From positions 243,600,001 to 243,664,000 of the forward strand of contig NC_086097.1 in NCBI RefSeq assembly GCF_963921235.1: a DNA stretch of 64,000 nucleotides, read 5' to 3'. The notes beneath the pieces are model-generated. The model saw only the letters and a program-made list of their open reading frames with translations, had not been told where the DNA came from and did not search any database. The translations under genes and the position numbers were made by a program. The stretch is from Mobula hypostoma. Lineage: Eukaryota. Positions within the stretch are counted from its first letter, which is position 1, and every line of letters begins with the position of its first letter. Below are positions 63,179 to 64,000 of this stretch, piece after piece.

Positions 63179-64000
63179 TGTCATGGTCCGGTTCGTAAAG
63201 TCCACATTCCGGTTCACGGTCCGGTCCATCGATCCTTATTCCAGGTTTTCCGGTTTACTCTTGTTCTGTTGGGGTGCCTAAATTGAGGCACCTGATTCTT
63301 ATTTTGGGCTGGCTACATAAATAGCTCCTGGGTTCAGCTTCAGTTGCTGGACTGTTCCCTTCTCTTCCTCTTCCTTCTGAAGCCTTTGCCTGTGTCCTTG
63401 CCTGTAATGCTGTCAAGTTCAACTGCTGGAGCAAGACTGGGGCCTTGTCGTGTCAAGATAAGGAACAGTCTGTTGTTGTTTGGAATTGTCTCTTTGTGTC
63501 CTTTGCTAGGTAGGTCTGGCTGTTTGCTGCGACCTAGTGTTGGGAACTGTCTCTTAGTGGCCTCGCCTGTGCTGGGTAGGTCTGGCTGTTTGCTGCTACC
63601 CTGAGTGGAAAACTGTCTCTTCGTGTTCAGTGTACTGTGTATAGGAAGAGCCCCGGCCCTTGGTCCTGTTCCATAGGAGGAGGTCCTGGCTCCGTGTGCT
63701 GTGTACGAGTCCTGGCCCTATGTCCTGCTCCCAAGGAGGGGTCCCGGCTCCGAGGTTCCTGAGCCCCAAGTCCAAGGCACCAAGATTCCTGAGCCCCAAG
63801 TCCAAATTAAGGCTTTGTGTTCTCGTCCTGTCCATGTGTCTCACCCAGCCCAGGAGTACCTTACCCAGCCCTGTGTTGGAGTTCCCTCATCCGGTGCTGG
63901 AGTTCCGTCCTCCTGTCCAGGAGTCTCTCGTCCTGTCCAAGCCATGTCTAAGCACCCCGTCCCGTAGTCTAGCCACATCCCATCTCGTAGCCTAGATCCG
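63179..64000 (+). mobile_element. Probable LTR, truncated by the window end
   Basis: Starts TGTCATGG; TATA-like tacataaata ~63314; internal direct repeats (ggtaggtctggctgtttgctgc x2, ttcctgagccccaagtccaa x2). Confidence 0.55.

Overview
Eukaryotic, almost entirely transposon-derived DNA with no recognisable host protein-coding exon. The repeat set (several CR1-clade LINE subfamilies with zinc-finger/SGNH-esterase ORF1, V-domain tRNA-SINEs, Rex1/Babar-like LINEs, two decayed L1-clade elements, Penelope-like elements, a Tigger/pogo deletion derivative, Gypsy remnants and solo LTRs) suggests a cartilaginous fish genome (inference). Most ORFs in the track are TE fragments or antisense shadows. Main signals: (1) Penelope-like (PLE) termini carrying minimal type-I hammerhead ribozyme (HHR) motifs. 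Three are ~200-280 bp fold-back units with an HHR on each strand and 14-16 bp target-site duplications (23342-23580, 38033-38228, 56260-56542). A 1.2 kb inverted GIY-YIG PLE of a different family has the same layout. (2) A T-TTA-AAC slippery heptamer directly before the ORF1 stop in three CR1 subfamilies, with an AUG-less ORF2 open in the -1 frame, suggesting programmed -1 frameshifting. (3) Two neighbouring CR1 copies sharing a premature stop inside an identical tract. All calls are by eye and boundaries are approximate unless a TSD is quoted.
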